Assembly (NCBI GenBank): GCA_977017645.1
Contig: OZ360234.1
Location: 16,554,001-16,618,000 of the forward strand
Direction: 5' to 3'
Length of the DNA stretch: 64,000 nt
Source: Torpedo marmorata
Lineage: Eukaryota
A model generated the notes under the pieces. That model saw only the letters and a list, made by a program, of their open reading frames with translations. It did not search any database and was not told the DNA's origin. Shown in pieces: positions 51,801 to 63,432 of this stretch. The position numbers were made by a program, and so were the translations under genes. Position 1 is the first letter of the stretch. Each line of letters opens with the position of its first letter.

Positions 51801-54800
51801 AAAGAACACAAGTATGATTTTTATTTTTACCTTGTATCATGAGTTGATTTTTATTTTTACCTTGTATCATGAGTTGAACCGTGTCCAGCAATAAGTACTC
51901 TTGGCCAGTTGGCCAGGGAGCATATTTGGCAATCCCTGTTTGAACTAAGCAAGGTTTGACAGTCTGGAGTCGAAGGAATGATTTGAAAAATGGTGTTGAA
52001 TGTGTCAAATACTCCAGGCTTAGTGAAGGATCCATTGGGTTCTTGTGAGTCAGATTATCTGAAGTTGTATTCCTTGTGCTCTACCTTGGATAGAGTTGTT
52101 TTTTTCCATTAATGTTATCTCCGGTTCCTCTTTCAGTCCCAGAGATTCAGGCTATCAGGCCCCAGGAAGTTCTGGTTTTAGGATTTGGTTTAATTTACTG
52201 TGATTAGATACTTTTCATTTTTTGATTTGTTGTGAAGATGAATATTTCCTTAAGTATTTCCTTACTCCATTTTGACTTCTTCTGTCTCGGAGGCGCGTGC
52301 TTGTTTTTGTTTGACATTTTGAATTATTTGTTAATGCACTTTATTTCCTTTTGTCTCAACTTTGGCCATTTTTTTTCCTCAGTCTTCACATAGCATTGAA
52401 ATGGCCATATTCATCAAACCAAGCCCATGTTCCTTTAAGGCAGTGGTTTTCAAACTGCCCCCCTAAACTCACATTCCACCTTAAGCAATCCCTATGCCAT
52501 AAGTGCTCTGTGATTAGTAAGGGATTGCTTAAAGTGGTATGTGAGTGGAAAGAAAAAGGTTTGAAAACCACTGTTTTAATCGTACCTAATTGACTCGTTC
52601 TGTGCACGGTTTCATAACTCCAAAGGAAATGGGCCAATGACAATTTTTCTCAATCAAAATATTTCAGTAACAATTGGGTCTAGAGCAGTGGTTGCAATCC
52701 CTTACTAATCACAGAGCACTTATGACATAGGGATTGCTTAAGGTAGAATGTGAGTTTAGGGGGCAGTTTGAAAACCACTGCTTTAAGTTAATCTGAGAGC
52801 AATATTGGAAAAAGGCTGGGTCATCTTGGCCAACCAATAATTCCAATACAAATGACTGTCTGCAAGACATTTTGACCCTGCACTTTGAATTGTTTGCTAA
52901 ATTACATATCCCTTGGGGAATGAAGAGGATAAATTGAGTTTCGATGTTCTAATTTGAAGTCAACTATTGAGATTTCACAGTCAAGATTTGGCAAAACTTT
53001 TAATTGAAATTTATTACTTAATTTTAAAAGTGTGGCATTGTACCTGACATTATTCCCTTAACTGCTCCAATTAAATGGTATGTTTTGAAGTATATACTTA
53101 ACCCTTCATTTATTACATGAAGATCTGAATTGGCACATGACCTTCATCATTTGAGGCTGAATTGCACTGCAAGTAGTCTTTGGACTTTGGAAAATGATTG
53201 ACTGTTAGGAGTTGTTGTGATTAATGCAGGATAGATCTATTCATGCATTCCATGAATGTTATTCTGTGCATGGAATGTTTCTGCTGTACACTAATTATGT
53301 GTTTTTAATGCATTTCATTATCTCCATTTCAGTAGTATCTCTTCTATCACAGGTGTGAAGCAAGTAGTTGTGGATTCTCTAATGGAGACAGCACCACTTA
53401 ACACAATTTACACATGTAGAAGCGCTGAAGCTATTGCAGACCAAGCAGTAATAATGGTTTTTTATGATGTTGGCATTCAAGCTTTTGTGGAGAATGGAAC
53501 AATTAGCAAAAATGGTGAGAAATACTCTATTTAATTGTCATATTTTGTGTCACAATGCCAGATTTTCATTCTGAATTTAATGCTTGTAATGACTCGAATT
53601 TAAATTTGGACATACAGCATGGTCACAGGTCCTTCTGGCCCATGAGCCTGTGCCGCCCAAATTAACCTACAGCCCACATGTTTTGAATGTGCTGGGACAC
53701 CTGAATATTTGAGTTTGAGTATTTTATCACAAAATCTTGACTATTAGTTGCTCATTTTATCCTGTCTGACAATCCCATCCCCTCAGCTCAAAAACAAATC
53801 CATAGCTGCAGTTTGAAGTTTACTGGACATTTTCACAGAGAATAAAAGCTATTCTGTCAAAATCTTTTCTGCAAAAGGTATTTGGACAGTAAGGATCATA
53901 TGGCTACTTGTGGAGCATGGCGATCTAGCCAAATATCTGGTTTGGGTCCATGTTTCAGGAAATAAACATGTCTTGCTGGTCCAGGTTGGGCTGGATGTTC
54001 AATATTGATGCATGTCTTCAGTTGTTGATTGATGTTTGTTTTTGTCTTTTATCAAATGTGTCATCAATTGGTTATATCCGTGTATGTGGTTGGGTATAGA
54101 AAGAGATTACGTACTTGGATTGCGTTCATTTATCCTGAGGTCAAGTTTTACTTTTGAACCCATGTGTATCTTTAGATAGGTGATGTAGTGAACTAATGAC
54201 TTAAGTCCCTAGTTTAATTTAAGTAATGAAAAAAAAAAACCATTTAATTTTTCTTCTCAGAATCTATCTGTAAGGCAGACCTATCCACCACAATGGCACC
54301 TCTTACAACATGGACAACCTCAACTATGACCCCAACTAAACCACCTTCACCACTGCCTAGAGTGGGCAATTATACACTCAAAAATGGTAGTGAATTTTGT
54401 CTCCTTGCCAATATGGGATTACAGCTGAATCTTTCTTCTGCAGATGATAACCAGGTATTTTTTGTTTTACATTGTTTGTTGGTTTTGTGCATTACAGACA
54501 AGTAACCTCTTCCTCCTCTTCTGTCCTCCAACCCATTTCAGACACGAGTGATTAATATTGATTCCAATTCTACAGCAAGTGGATATTGTGAGGATCAAGA
54601 TGCAGCCCTTGTGCTAGAAGATGTAGATACAACTATTCTATTTCATTTCATTGTGGTAAGTGTTCAATTTTATTAAGGGGAAAACGGTTAAATGTTTTGT
54701 TCTCTACTGGGGCATGTTGATCAAACTTCTCTGAGGCAGGTTGGAGCTGTGTTCAGGAAGTAGCAAGATTTACCAGTGGTGCAAGAGCCAAAGTGTTTGG

Positions 54801-57800
54801 GAATCCATATTTAAATTTGATCATGATGTTAATGATTAGTTTATTGTATAATGTATCTGACAATGTACACATGCACTGAAATTACTTGCTATAGCGAAAC
54901 AGGCACTGTAAGGATATCTATAATAGTATACCTGATTGAATTAAAAAGAGCCAATGAATACAAGATAAATATTCGGTTCTCCTAATGAAAAAAAAAAATC
55001 TAGCTTTGGGAAGAAGATAGTTTCATTATATTAACAGTTAATTACCGTATTTGACGGCATATAAGACCCCCCTTTTTTCCCAAAAAATCACCTCAAAAAC
55101 CACCCTGGGTCTTATATGCGAAGGTGACATTTTGGTGCCGCCATTTTGGGCACCGAGTGGAGGCATCCATCTGATGGCGACAGGAAGAAAGCGCTAAAAC
55201 TACTCGCCCAGCTTCAAGAAGCCCGCAGAGGTGCTGTGGCTGTCCAGGAAGCGGGCCTACAGCTTCACGTACCACCTTCCCTCTGGTGGCCCGTGCTCCC
55301 CGGTAAGAAGGCTCGCTCTCTCCCTCCTTCCCGCCCGCGCGCTCTCTCCCACAGTGCTCTGAGGGGAGCGCTGGGCCTCGATGATCAGGCTTTGTTCGAC
55401 GTGCACGGCTCCCCGAACAGATTGACTGAGGCGCGGGGGCGGGTGGCAGTGAGCAAGCGGCCTGTCAAGCTCAGCTCAACAGGCTGCTCACTCACTGCCA
55501 CCCGCCCCCGTGCCTCATTCAATCTGTTCGGGGAGCCGTGCACGTCGAACAAAGGTTCAGTGTGGAGCCTGATCACCGGCGCTCCCCTCAAAGCAAGCGA
55601 TTGATCGTCTGTTCCCCGCGACGGCGGGCCTGGGCCTTGCCCGTTGTCCTGGCTCCCACCCTCGCGTGCCCACGGGTCCCGGCACACCTGTCAATCAATT
55701 AGCGCTTGGACGGTGGGGGGGGGGGGGGAGAAGCAGCCTGAGCCTCGGTGAGCGGCGGGCAGGAGGACGTGTTGCTGCTGTGAAGGTAAATACACGAAAA
55801 CAATTTTTTCCTGAAATCTCACTAAAAATGAGGGGGGTCCGATATGCCGTCAAATACGGTAACTATGGAGGCAGCTTGTTTTTTTAATTCATGGGTAGTA
55901 CTTTGCTGAACTAAATTAGGATAAACTAGATTGAAACAATCTTCTAGATCTATATGGTGGCTTGTTAATAATCCTATGATTATGATCTCCTGAGACTTGT
56001 CAGCATTTTTGCATACTTGTGTAATATTTTGTTGCAGGATCAAACAAAGTTCTTCTTGAAGGAGGTGGAAGCTAATGTAAGCCTGGTTGTGAATGGTTTA
56101 AGTAAGTATCGTCTATTGCAGTCATTGAAGGCAAGCTTGGCAAGTTGACCATCCAGAAAGATTTAGTCTCAATGGGAAGGGTGACTGAGATTGGCTTTAT
56201 CAGGCAAAATGTTATTGACCTAAAACATTCTTGTTTTTCATAACTGCTACCTGGTCTCAGGCATGCTCACTATTGTATTATGTTGGGTAAACTAGTTGTC
56301 TGGAAGTTGGGCAAAGGTTGTCTTTGTAGGTATTGCCTAAAACTGCTGGAAACAAATGTCACTGCTCAAATGCCCCATGGATGTGTTCAAATTTGGTTTT
56401 AAATAAAATTTCAATCCGAATTAGTTTTTGTTAATTTTCTGATTTGAATTAAGTGGGTTCACTTTTTCCTTTCCAGCAATCTCAGTTCACAGCAGCAACA
56501 GTAGCCTGAGGTATTGGCAGGCATCTGTTGGAAGTTCCTACATGTGCCACAAGGAACAGACGCTGAGGGTGACTGACCAATTGGTTATTCATGCATTTAA
56601 TGTGTGGGTCCAACCATTTGAGCTGAAGTCTGGAACCTTTGCCAGAGGTAAGTGGTTTTTTGTGAATGCTAACTGCAAATGCTACCTTTTTGCAATCTGT
56701 CACGATAACTAGATAGCAGTATCTTCTTGCTTCTGTTCAGTGTGAATGGTAAAACTAATTGCCTATATGGTCAAAATAGAACAAATGTAAAGTTTCAGTC
56801 TCTGCTCTTTGCCTTCCATTCCCATCTAGAAACATTTGTTTTCTTTTAATTTTAAATATTTTATTTTTCATTTTCAGAAATTTTCACAAAACATTAATAA
56901 ACAATCACAAAATATACACAAATTTCAAACGTATCAAGTACAGAATACATTACACCCCTTAACCCTCCCTTCCCCACCCAAAAAGAATAAAACCGAGACA
57001 AAAGAGAAAGAAAAAGAAAACTAAACATACCATCAGTGCTTACAACTTTTTTCCCAAGTATTTGGGGATGCCACACCCTTAAAATAATTATACATTACAG
57101 TATACCATACCTCAGGGGTTTGATTACAACTGAGCACCAATGTGCTCCAAGTATGGTTGCCACACTTTAACAAAGTTATCGTACTTATTTCTAAGACTAT
57201 ATGTAATTTTTTCCATGGGGATACAGCTGTACATTTCCATAGACCATCAAGTGATGAGAAGGGGGGAGTCGGACTTCCAAGTAACTGCAATGCATTTTTT
57301 TGCTACGGACAGAGCAACTTTTACAAATTGAATTTGGAATTTAGATAATCTGGTGCTTATATCCATGAGGTTTCCTAAAAGATACAACTCCGGGTCTAGT
57401 GGGAAGGCTACTCCTGTGATCCTAGTTAGTGATCTAGCAACATTTGTATTGAATTTTCTCGCATGCCATGCTTGCCAATTGTACTGAAGTGCTGATCCCT
57501 GTTACCGTAAACTTTTGAGTGACATGTCCAGCTAATGCAAGATTTAATGTTGAACTTGGCCTGAGAAAGTTTACAGCTGATATTGACATTCTTGGATTAA
57601 GGGCAAATTCTTCGAAGAAAATGCCATATTTTCCTATTTCCTTGTTGACATAATGTCAGCCATTGAGATTATGGTAGCTTGGAGCATTCCTGTCAGACCA
57701 TTCCCTCACATATTTCCATGGTTATTCTCGTGCCAACTAACTCCCATAATTGTCCTGCCTTGCACCCAGGGAAATTTATAGGAGCCAGTTAACCTACTTT

Positions 57801-58170
57801 CAGCAGTGTTGCCATAATAACATGGTAGCTGCTTAACTAATTGGGCTGAACGACGTCAATTGTCTGAACTACCAACACCAGTTTTAAGGTAAATTTAAAA
57901 ATCCCTGAACTTGCACCAATGGTAGTAATCATCATTCAGAAAAGAGAACTTTGTGTATGTAGCTGATTTGTTGTATAGTATCTAGTGATTTATATTTTTA
58001 AATGTTATATTTTATATGTTTAATTCACAGCTGAAGAGTGCTCTCTGGATGATGACAGCATTCTTATTCCTATTATAGTTGGCACAGCTCTGGCTGTCTT
58101 GATTATGATTGTTGTGATTGCTTATGTGATTGGTAGAAGAAAAAGCTACGCTGGATACCAAACACTCTAG
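45758..58170 (+). CDS. LAMP2: Lysosome-associated membrane glycoprotein 2, isoform B (9 exons, 407 aa)
   Basis: Exons join in frame (1224 nt). They encode a signal peptide, two Cys-containing, N-glycosylation-rich LAMP domains separated by a Thr/Pro hinge, a TM helix and the tail [11 protein letters not shown], which is the LAMP2B tail. Alternative terminal exons are a LAMP2 hallmark. Confidence 0.93.
45903..46032 (+). repeat. 25-bp tandem repeat, 5 copies, in LAMP2 intron 1
   Basis: Unit GTGTGGGCCCAGCAGTCACCCTCCA. Confidence 0.9.
46213..47007 (-). mobile_element. Non-coding retroposon family X, longest copy; other copies at about 17600-18135 (+), 39576-39994 (-) and 10439-10610 (-)
   Basis: Four mutually similar GC-rich copies; the three that retain the 3' end finish with AATAAA followed by GAATC-type repeats. 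Confidence 0.7.
48830..49500 (+). mobile_element. Degenerate CR1 fragment containing a minisatellite
   Basis: CKVLHFG and LVRCHLEYC remnants. Confidence 0.7.
49047..49243 (+). repeat. Minisatellite, about 7 variable units
   Basis: Core GG(TACAG)GTAATGGTTCCACGAAGGTG. Confidence 0.85.
49512..49752 (+). mobile_element. V-SINE (HE1-like)
   Basis: Box A TGGCGTAGCGG, box B GGTTCGAATTCC, V-core, tail GGCCTGTTACCGTGCTGTA. Confidence 0.8.
50625..50740 (+). CDS. LAMP2: LAMP2 exon 2 ([11 protein letters not shown]...TCIYA...NATM)
   Basis: tttcag acceptor, gtaggt donor, 116 nt. Confidence 0.9.
51598..51811 (+). CDS. LAMP2: LAMP2 exon 3 (ENATFQLP...GSVCG...[15 protein letters not shown])
   Basis: attcag acceptor, gtatga donor, 214 nt. 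Confidence 0.9.
51815..51874 (+). repeat. 30-bp tandem duplication just after the LAMP2 exon 3 donor
   Basis: TGATTTTTATTTTTACCTTGTATCATGAGT, two copies. Confidence 0.85.
52441..52780. mobile_element. hAT-type MITE
   Basis: TIRs CAGTGGTTTTCAAACTGCCCCC; 8-bp TSD CTTTAAGG/CTTTAAGT; related copy at 19268-19510. Confidence 0.8.
53353..53514 (+). CDS. LAMP2: LAMP2 exon 4 (PLNTIYTC...[13 protein letters not shown])
   Basis: tcacag acceptor, gtgaga donor, 162 nt. Confidence 0.9.
54261..54454 (+). CDS. LAMP2: LAMP2 exon 5 (hinge and [12 protein letters not shown])
   Basis: tctcag acceptor, gtattt donor, 194 nt. Confidence 0.9.
54542..54655 (+). CDS. LAMP2: LAMP2 exon 6 ([16 protein letters not shown]...FHFIV)
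   Basis: tttcag acceptor, gtaagt donor, 114 nt. Confidence 0.9.
55045..55859. mobile_element. Tc1/mariner-type non-autonomous DNA transposon with an internal palindrome
   Basis: TIRs CCGTATTTGACGGCATAT with TA on both sides; a partial copy lies at about 18854-18930. Confidence 0.8.
56038..56101 (+). CDS. LAMP2: LAMP2 exon 7 ([10 protein letters not shown]...NGL)
   Basis: ttgcag acceptor, gtaagt donor, 64 nt. Confidence 0.9.
56477..56647 (+). CDS. LAMP2: LAMP2 exon 8 ([21 protein letters not shown]...VQPF...FAR)
   Basis: ttccag acceptor, gtaagt donor, 171 nt. Confidence 0.92.
56845..57430 (-). mobile_element. L1-like LINE 3' fragment
   Basis: [10 protein letters not shown]...MEKITY...VWQPYL remnant with an A-rich 3' end on the minus strand. 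Confidence 0.65.
58031..58170 (+). CDS. LAMP2: LAMP2 terminal exon 9B ([17 protein letters not shown]...[12 protein letters not shown])
   Basis: tcacag acceptor, 140 nt to TAG; tail matches the vertebrate LAMP2B tail; AATAAA at 58878. Confidence 0.93.
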
Positions 58171-60390
58171 ATTTGGTTTTGATTTTTCAAATACTGTGTG
58201 ATCACATGATGGCTACCTTTGTAGGTGGAAGTCCTTGCCCCTTCAACTCTTTTAATTTGCACTAGGTCCTTGCCAAGCCTTGCTGGGGCTGATGAACTTG
58301 CACCTATACTGGTAATGGAGATGAAATGTTGAAAGTACATTGCTGGCGTTGAAGGATGTAAATTTGGTGCAGAATTATGGCATTACTCCAAGGAAATAAC
58401 TTTTTAGTCCATTCTATAAGCTTGCCTTGGTGGCTGCCTCTTAAAATTAACATTTATGAATGATTTAGTACTTGCCAGCAATGCCTCTGACATTTCAAAA
58501 AACTTAATGAATATTAAATCTAAAACTGAATGTTATACAATCAGTTCTAATATAGCTTGTTTGGATGTACTGTGGAAAATGTATAAATGTTAATAATGTT
58601 TGTGTATACAAGTTTAGAATTTAGAAAGGTTTATAGGGACAAGCTGTTGGGTGCCTTGAATTGTGGAGACCTTTTCCACATTTGTAATGTCTTCTAATAA
58701 GCATGTGCAAATATCTAATGTTAACCACTGATCTTTTTTCTAATTTGGAGTTTGTTCACTACACTCTAGACATTGTGAAATTTTGAACATTTTGGCTTTT
58801 ATCTTGGGATAATTAGCTTGGACAAATTGCGAGTTTTCCTGTAGTTAATTTTTATGTAAAATTTAACTTGCGTTTATAATAAAGAATCCTTCTGAAAGCT
58901 TGTCTAACTTTATTTGGGGAACGTGGAGGCTTTGTAAATTTTGCACTTGCATTAGAATGCAACATCTCTAGCCTGAGTATTTAAGCCATTATTAGAATGT
59001 ACTGTAATTTCATGTGCACTTTTTTCCACTTTTCATTGTATGCATGTGGTTTTTGCAAGCAGAGCTACCCATTAATAGACTTGCCACGTAACAGTGTCGA
59101 CCATATACCAGATTTTAGTTTAATTTCAAGATGGTCTTCTCTGGATTTGGTTTAATCTTTGGATTCCTTGTCTAATAACTATTAGTATTGTATTTTGTCA
59201 CATATTAAGTTCCAAATTTCTTTGTGATATCTTAATTCTTTGCCTTTGAGACTAGGTGTATGTTTGTGGCTTGTTGCAATGACATTACAAACTTTTTCCA
59301 GATCACTTTAAAACTTGTCAGAGCTGTTGATCTTGCAGCTCCATTTAAAAAGGAACAGTAAAAGCTAACATGACTTATAATCTAATTTAACATTTTCTGG
59401 AACTTCAGTTAATTTGGTTCAGTTGCTACAATTAAATTAAATATCAAGATTTAACCATTGCATCTGTTTTATCTGTTGGAAGTTTTAAAATGCTGTCAGT
59501 TTTGCTTGGGCTTCACTTAAATTCAGCTCAAACCTCTTGTCTTCAATTAAGTGTCAAATTTAGACATTGAAATCCTGGGATCCAGCCCTAGTATTGATTT
59601 AACAGAACTTGGTCAAAGGATTCAGTTGTTCCAGTTCACATTAAAATTAAACTTTGGATCTATGTTAATATCTGGTAAGTATTGTATTGGTAAGAACTAC
59701 AGGTATTATGGGTCCAAGTTCAAAGAACGAAGAGTACTTGTCCCTTTAGTAAGATGCAGGTGCAGACGAAGCATTGTAAAAGCTCCCAGTAGTGCCTTTT
59801 GGAAAGCAATTTACCAAATCTGACGTTGCAAGTGTGATGGAAAAAAAAATGTGTTTAAGCGAATGACTTTTGGATTGATTTCCCTTGTAGGCTTTTTGCA
59901 TGTATCTAAAGAATAAATTAATAGCATGCTAATCTGGCTTTTATTCTTGCAAGTTTTCTGTAGACTTGAATAGTTAGCGTTGTTCAGTGTATATTTTCCT
60001 CCCAGTTTCAACTTGGCTTTAATTATATATTTAAGTGCAGTCAGATTTGATGGATCTTTTTATTGGAGTTAACTTTCTGTATTTAGAAAGATCATGCATG
60101 GTGTATGAACCTATTGCAATTTTTGCAATAGTACCAATAGGACAGTGTTGTATTCCAAGGCACTATATTAGCAGCACAATTTTCAATTTCCCAGCATTGA
60201 CATCAATTGCTTTTTTTTTGAAAAAAACAAGAATAGGAATATGGAAAAGCATTTGCTATAATTATTGGGCATTCTAATTCTACTTTACCACAAAACACTT
60301 TGTTTTTAAATGTCTTATTTTTATTTAGGTTCTGTGGCTTTCCCTCTAGTTGGGTTGCTGATTTTCAATTTATTTAATTTCTTAATCTAG

Positions 60391-60530
60391 CTGAAGTCTG
60401 CAAAACAAATGAGAACTACATCGTGCCTATTGCAGTTGGAGCTGTGTTGGGAGCTCTTGTTTTCATAGTGATGGTGATCTACGCCATTTATTATAGGCAG
60501 AATCAAATGAATGGATATCAGCACTTTTAA
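60391..60530 (+). CDS. LAMP2: LAMP2 alternative terminal exon, 9A-like (EVCKTNENYIVPIAVGAVLGALVFIVMVIYAIYYRQNQMNGYQHF*)
   Basis: atctag acceptor with the same phase and 140-nt length as 9B; conserved Cys, VPIAVGA TM start and GYxxF end as in LAMP2A; AATAAA at 60884. Confidence 0.85.
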
Positions 60531-63009
60531 GCATGCGGTTTTTGGATTGCTGAGCAATGAAACTAGCTGTATGATCTCGTGCTAACTTCAATCATTTCTA
60601 TCATCAGATTAGACATGCTTTAAGTTTGTATTACTATCAAATTGTCATTGTGTTTGTTAACTTTAGAAACTTGCATGTAGCTTTAGATGGACAACTAATG
60701 AAATGAGAAATCTTCCATGAAGTCAATTTCATAATTAGCTAATTGAATTGTGGAAGTGATTGATTTTTGAAATTGTTTACCTATTTGTTTTCAGAAGAAT
60801 GCCAAACCAACCAAACTTGGAGTTGCCAGATAAAATGTCCTTGTTTTTGGTTGCATTAAACACATTTTGGGTTGTTTGGAGTGAATAAAATCCTAATCAA
60901 CTCTGGTATAGGCATCCCAAATTTCTTGTTTAAATATGCAGCACAAACCAATGAAAATGAAAGATTATTAGTGAGGATTGCTGGTCCACTGGACTGTTCT
61001 CATATCTACTGCTTGTCACTGCTCTTGCTCTATGCAGAATGCACTTTGACCATAAAGGCCATTGTAGTTGGTCTTTAATGTGCAGGAAAATGCTATTAAT
61101 GCATTGAGACTTGCAATAAGATTACAAAGCAGTCTCGACCCAAATCTTTAATTTCAATCTACCGGTACTTGGTTTTGTGTAATGACTGCCATTTTCATGG
61201 TGCCCTGCTGCACTTCAAGTTTTTGTATTAAGTCGACAGCATTGCATTTGTGTGCATCTGAAACAGTGTTTTCATGATGGAGCTCAGGTCTTGATGGCCG
61301 TTTCCAGAGTTGTCATTTAAAATTTGCAAGCTTTTAAAGATTTTGTGCTGTTTGTTGTCATTTGCAGCTTGGCCTCAAGTTAGAACATGTACCGGGTAAT
61401 TAACTTTTTGGCATTAATGTACAACTCGCTTGGGGCAGTTCATATCTCATGGCATCGTTTCATGATCACGTTCTCATACAGACATTTATGTTATGAAGTC
61501 AAATTTGGGTTTTTTTAAAAGCGCATTTTGGGTTCCAATCCTTCAACTAACAAATTTACTACTGAAATTGACTTATTGATTCAGACATAGCTTTTGAAGC
61601 TGCTTTGAACTCATAATTGTCATTGCTTTGTATAATTAGTAACAGTCTAGGTCTTCTACCCAATCAGTGCAACACATCCTTTATGAATGCTCTGTTCTAC
61701 TTTGTACAATTGTACCCAGTTGCTGGGGTGAGGAGACAATGTAATTGAGTTGTTAACTAACCTAACTAGCACAAAACAATTAATATATGATTTATTTAAC
61801 ACAATACCTTAATTCACTAGTAATTTTTCACCTTAATGCAGGTTCAAGATTAGGCCAAATCTGCCTTTTAATAGAAATGGGTTATCCAATGATGAATATT
61901 TAGTAACTATCTTGATGCAAAATTTGAAATGCTGAAACTGGCTTTTGTGTACAATTGGTACTGAGCAATAAATGGAAATCAACATGCTCCCATATCGTGT
62001 GTTTGATTTTTTAAATTTTTATTTTTTTGCATTAAGCTTGCACTCTGTAGTTCATCTAATTGCAAAGTTCAGACCTGCTATTATCAGCATTCTTCAAGGG
62101 AAAATGGTAAACCCTCCAAGGAACCACTAAAGGACTTTCTGCAGAATGTAGGTGGTGTGATGAGGGAACGTTCGAAGGGTTCAATGGGTGATAATCCTGG
62201 ACACGTGTTAGTACCGTACCGTTAACTTTATTTACAAGCGGAGGTGTGGTGGGTTGGGGGGGATCTGCAACAGGAGGCATGGACACATGGAAAGCAGTAA
62301 CGCACAAATGCACATCGGATGCAGGTTAATTACTTATGATTGCAACACAGCACACCAATTAGCAAAGAAATACAAATCTAGCTACAATATACATTTCTCT
62401 CCCGGGTATATGTCCCAAATGCTCCCACCCTTTACCAGCACACACCTTACAATTAGTCCTCCAGTGTTGCCCACAGCTTGCAACCTGGAGTGGAGTTTAG
62501 GATGGTTCCATGGGGGGAAAAAAGAGTGAACTAGCCCACGTGTTGGGTTTTTATCCTACAGCCGGCTCGGGGGCTGGCCCAGGTAGCCCATGTGACCTTA
62601 GGTGGAAGGGGAGACTGATTGGAAGGTGTGTTTACCTGTAGATAGGTGTGACCTTGATGGGCATGGTGAAATGACTTTCGACCTGCCTCCTGCCTGGGTG
62701 ATCAGATGGCCCTCCAGGTGCAAATGCATGGAAAATCCTATGTTCTGACCACCTCCTGTCTGACTTGTTGGATAATCCTGTGGTAATAAACAACATGATA
62801 AAATGGGTTCAATCTTCCCAATATTCAGAGGAAAGAAATTTATTTGTGCAGAGGTAGGGTGATTTTAATGGAGTGTTTAACAGACTCAGTGCTAGATTTG
62901 AGCTGCACTTATTCAGCAGGATTTGCAATTTGTGTATAACTTGAAGTTGATTTGTTCAGCAACAAATCTTTTGGGTTGATTGTCTTGCTTCATCTGTATG
63001 GGCATTACA

Positions 63010-63430
63010 ATCATAGTTTTACAGCACAGAAACAGGCCCTTTGGCCTAACGTGTCAGTACTAGCCATCAAGCTTTCTAAGCTACAGTATGTTAAGTACTC
63101 GTGTAAATGCTTAAATGTGAGATTTCATACCCAGACTCCTAAGGCAGTCATTCCAGGTTTCAGTCATCCTCTGGGTGGATATTTTTCCTCAAATCCCTTT
63201 TAAATCTTTAACCTTTAAACCTCTGTTCTCTAATTACAGACACATCTGCTAAGAGGAAAGTTTCCAGTATCTAGTATACCTCATAATTTTGTATATCTCA
63301 GTTAAGTCCTCCCTTCACCTTCTCTAAAGAAAGCAAGCCCAGCCTATACAGCCTCACTTCGATTTCAGGCAATATCATGCTAAGAACAATTGCATCTTTC
63401 CTGCAGGATTGTGATTGAATTACCCACAGT
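63010..63430 (-). mobile_element. Degenerate CR1 3' fragment
   Basis: acagcacagaaacaggccc tail and CR1 3' sequence. Confidence 0.6.
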
Positions 63431-63432
63431 AC

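Noticed and set aside
62200-62770. Possible solo LTR on the minus strand (AATAAA and TATA-like motifs)
   Set aside because: I could not define TG...CA ends or a TSD.
56648-63432. Canonical LAMP2C exon (GYQSV-type tail)
   Set aside because: Not found by eye in this interval. It may lie beyond the window, so loss cannot be claimed.
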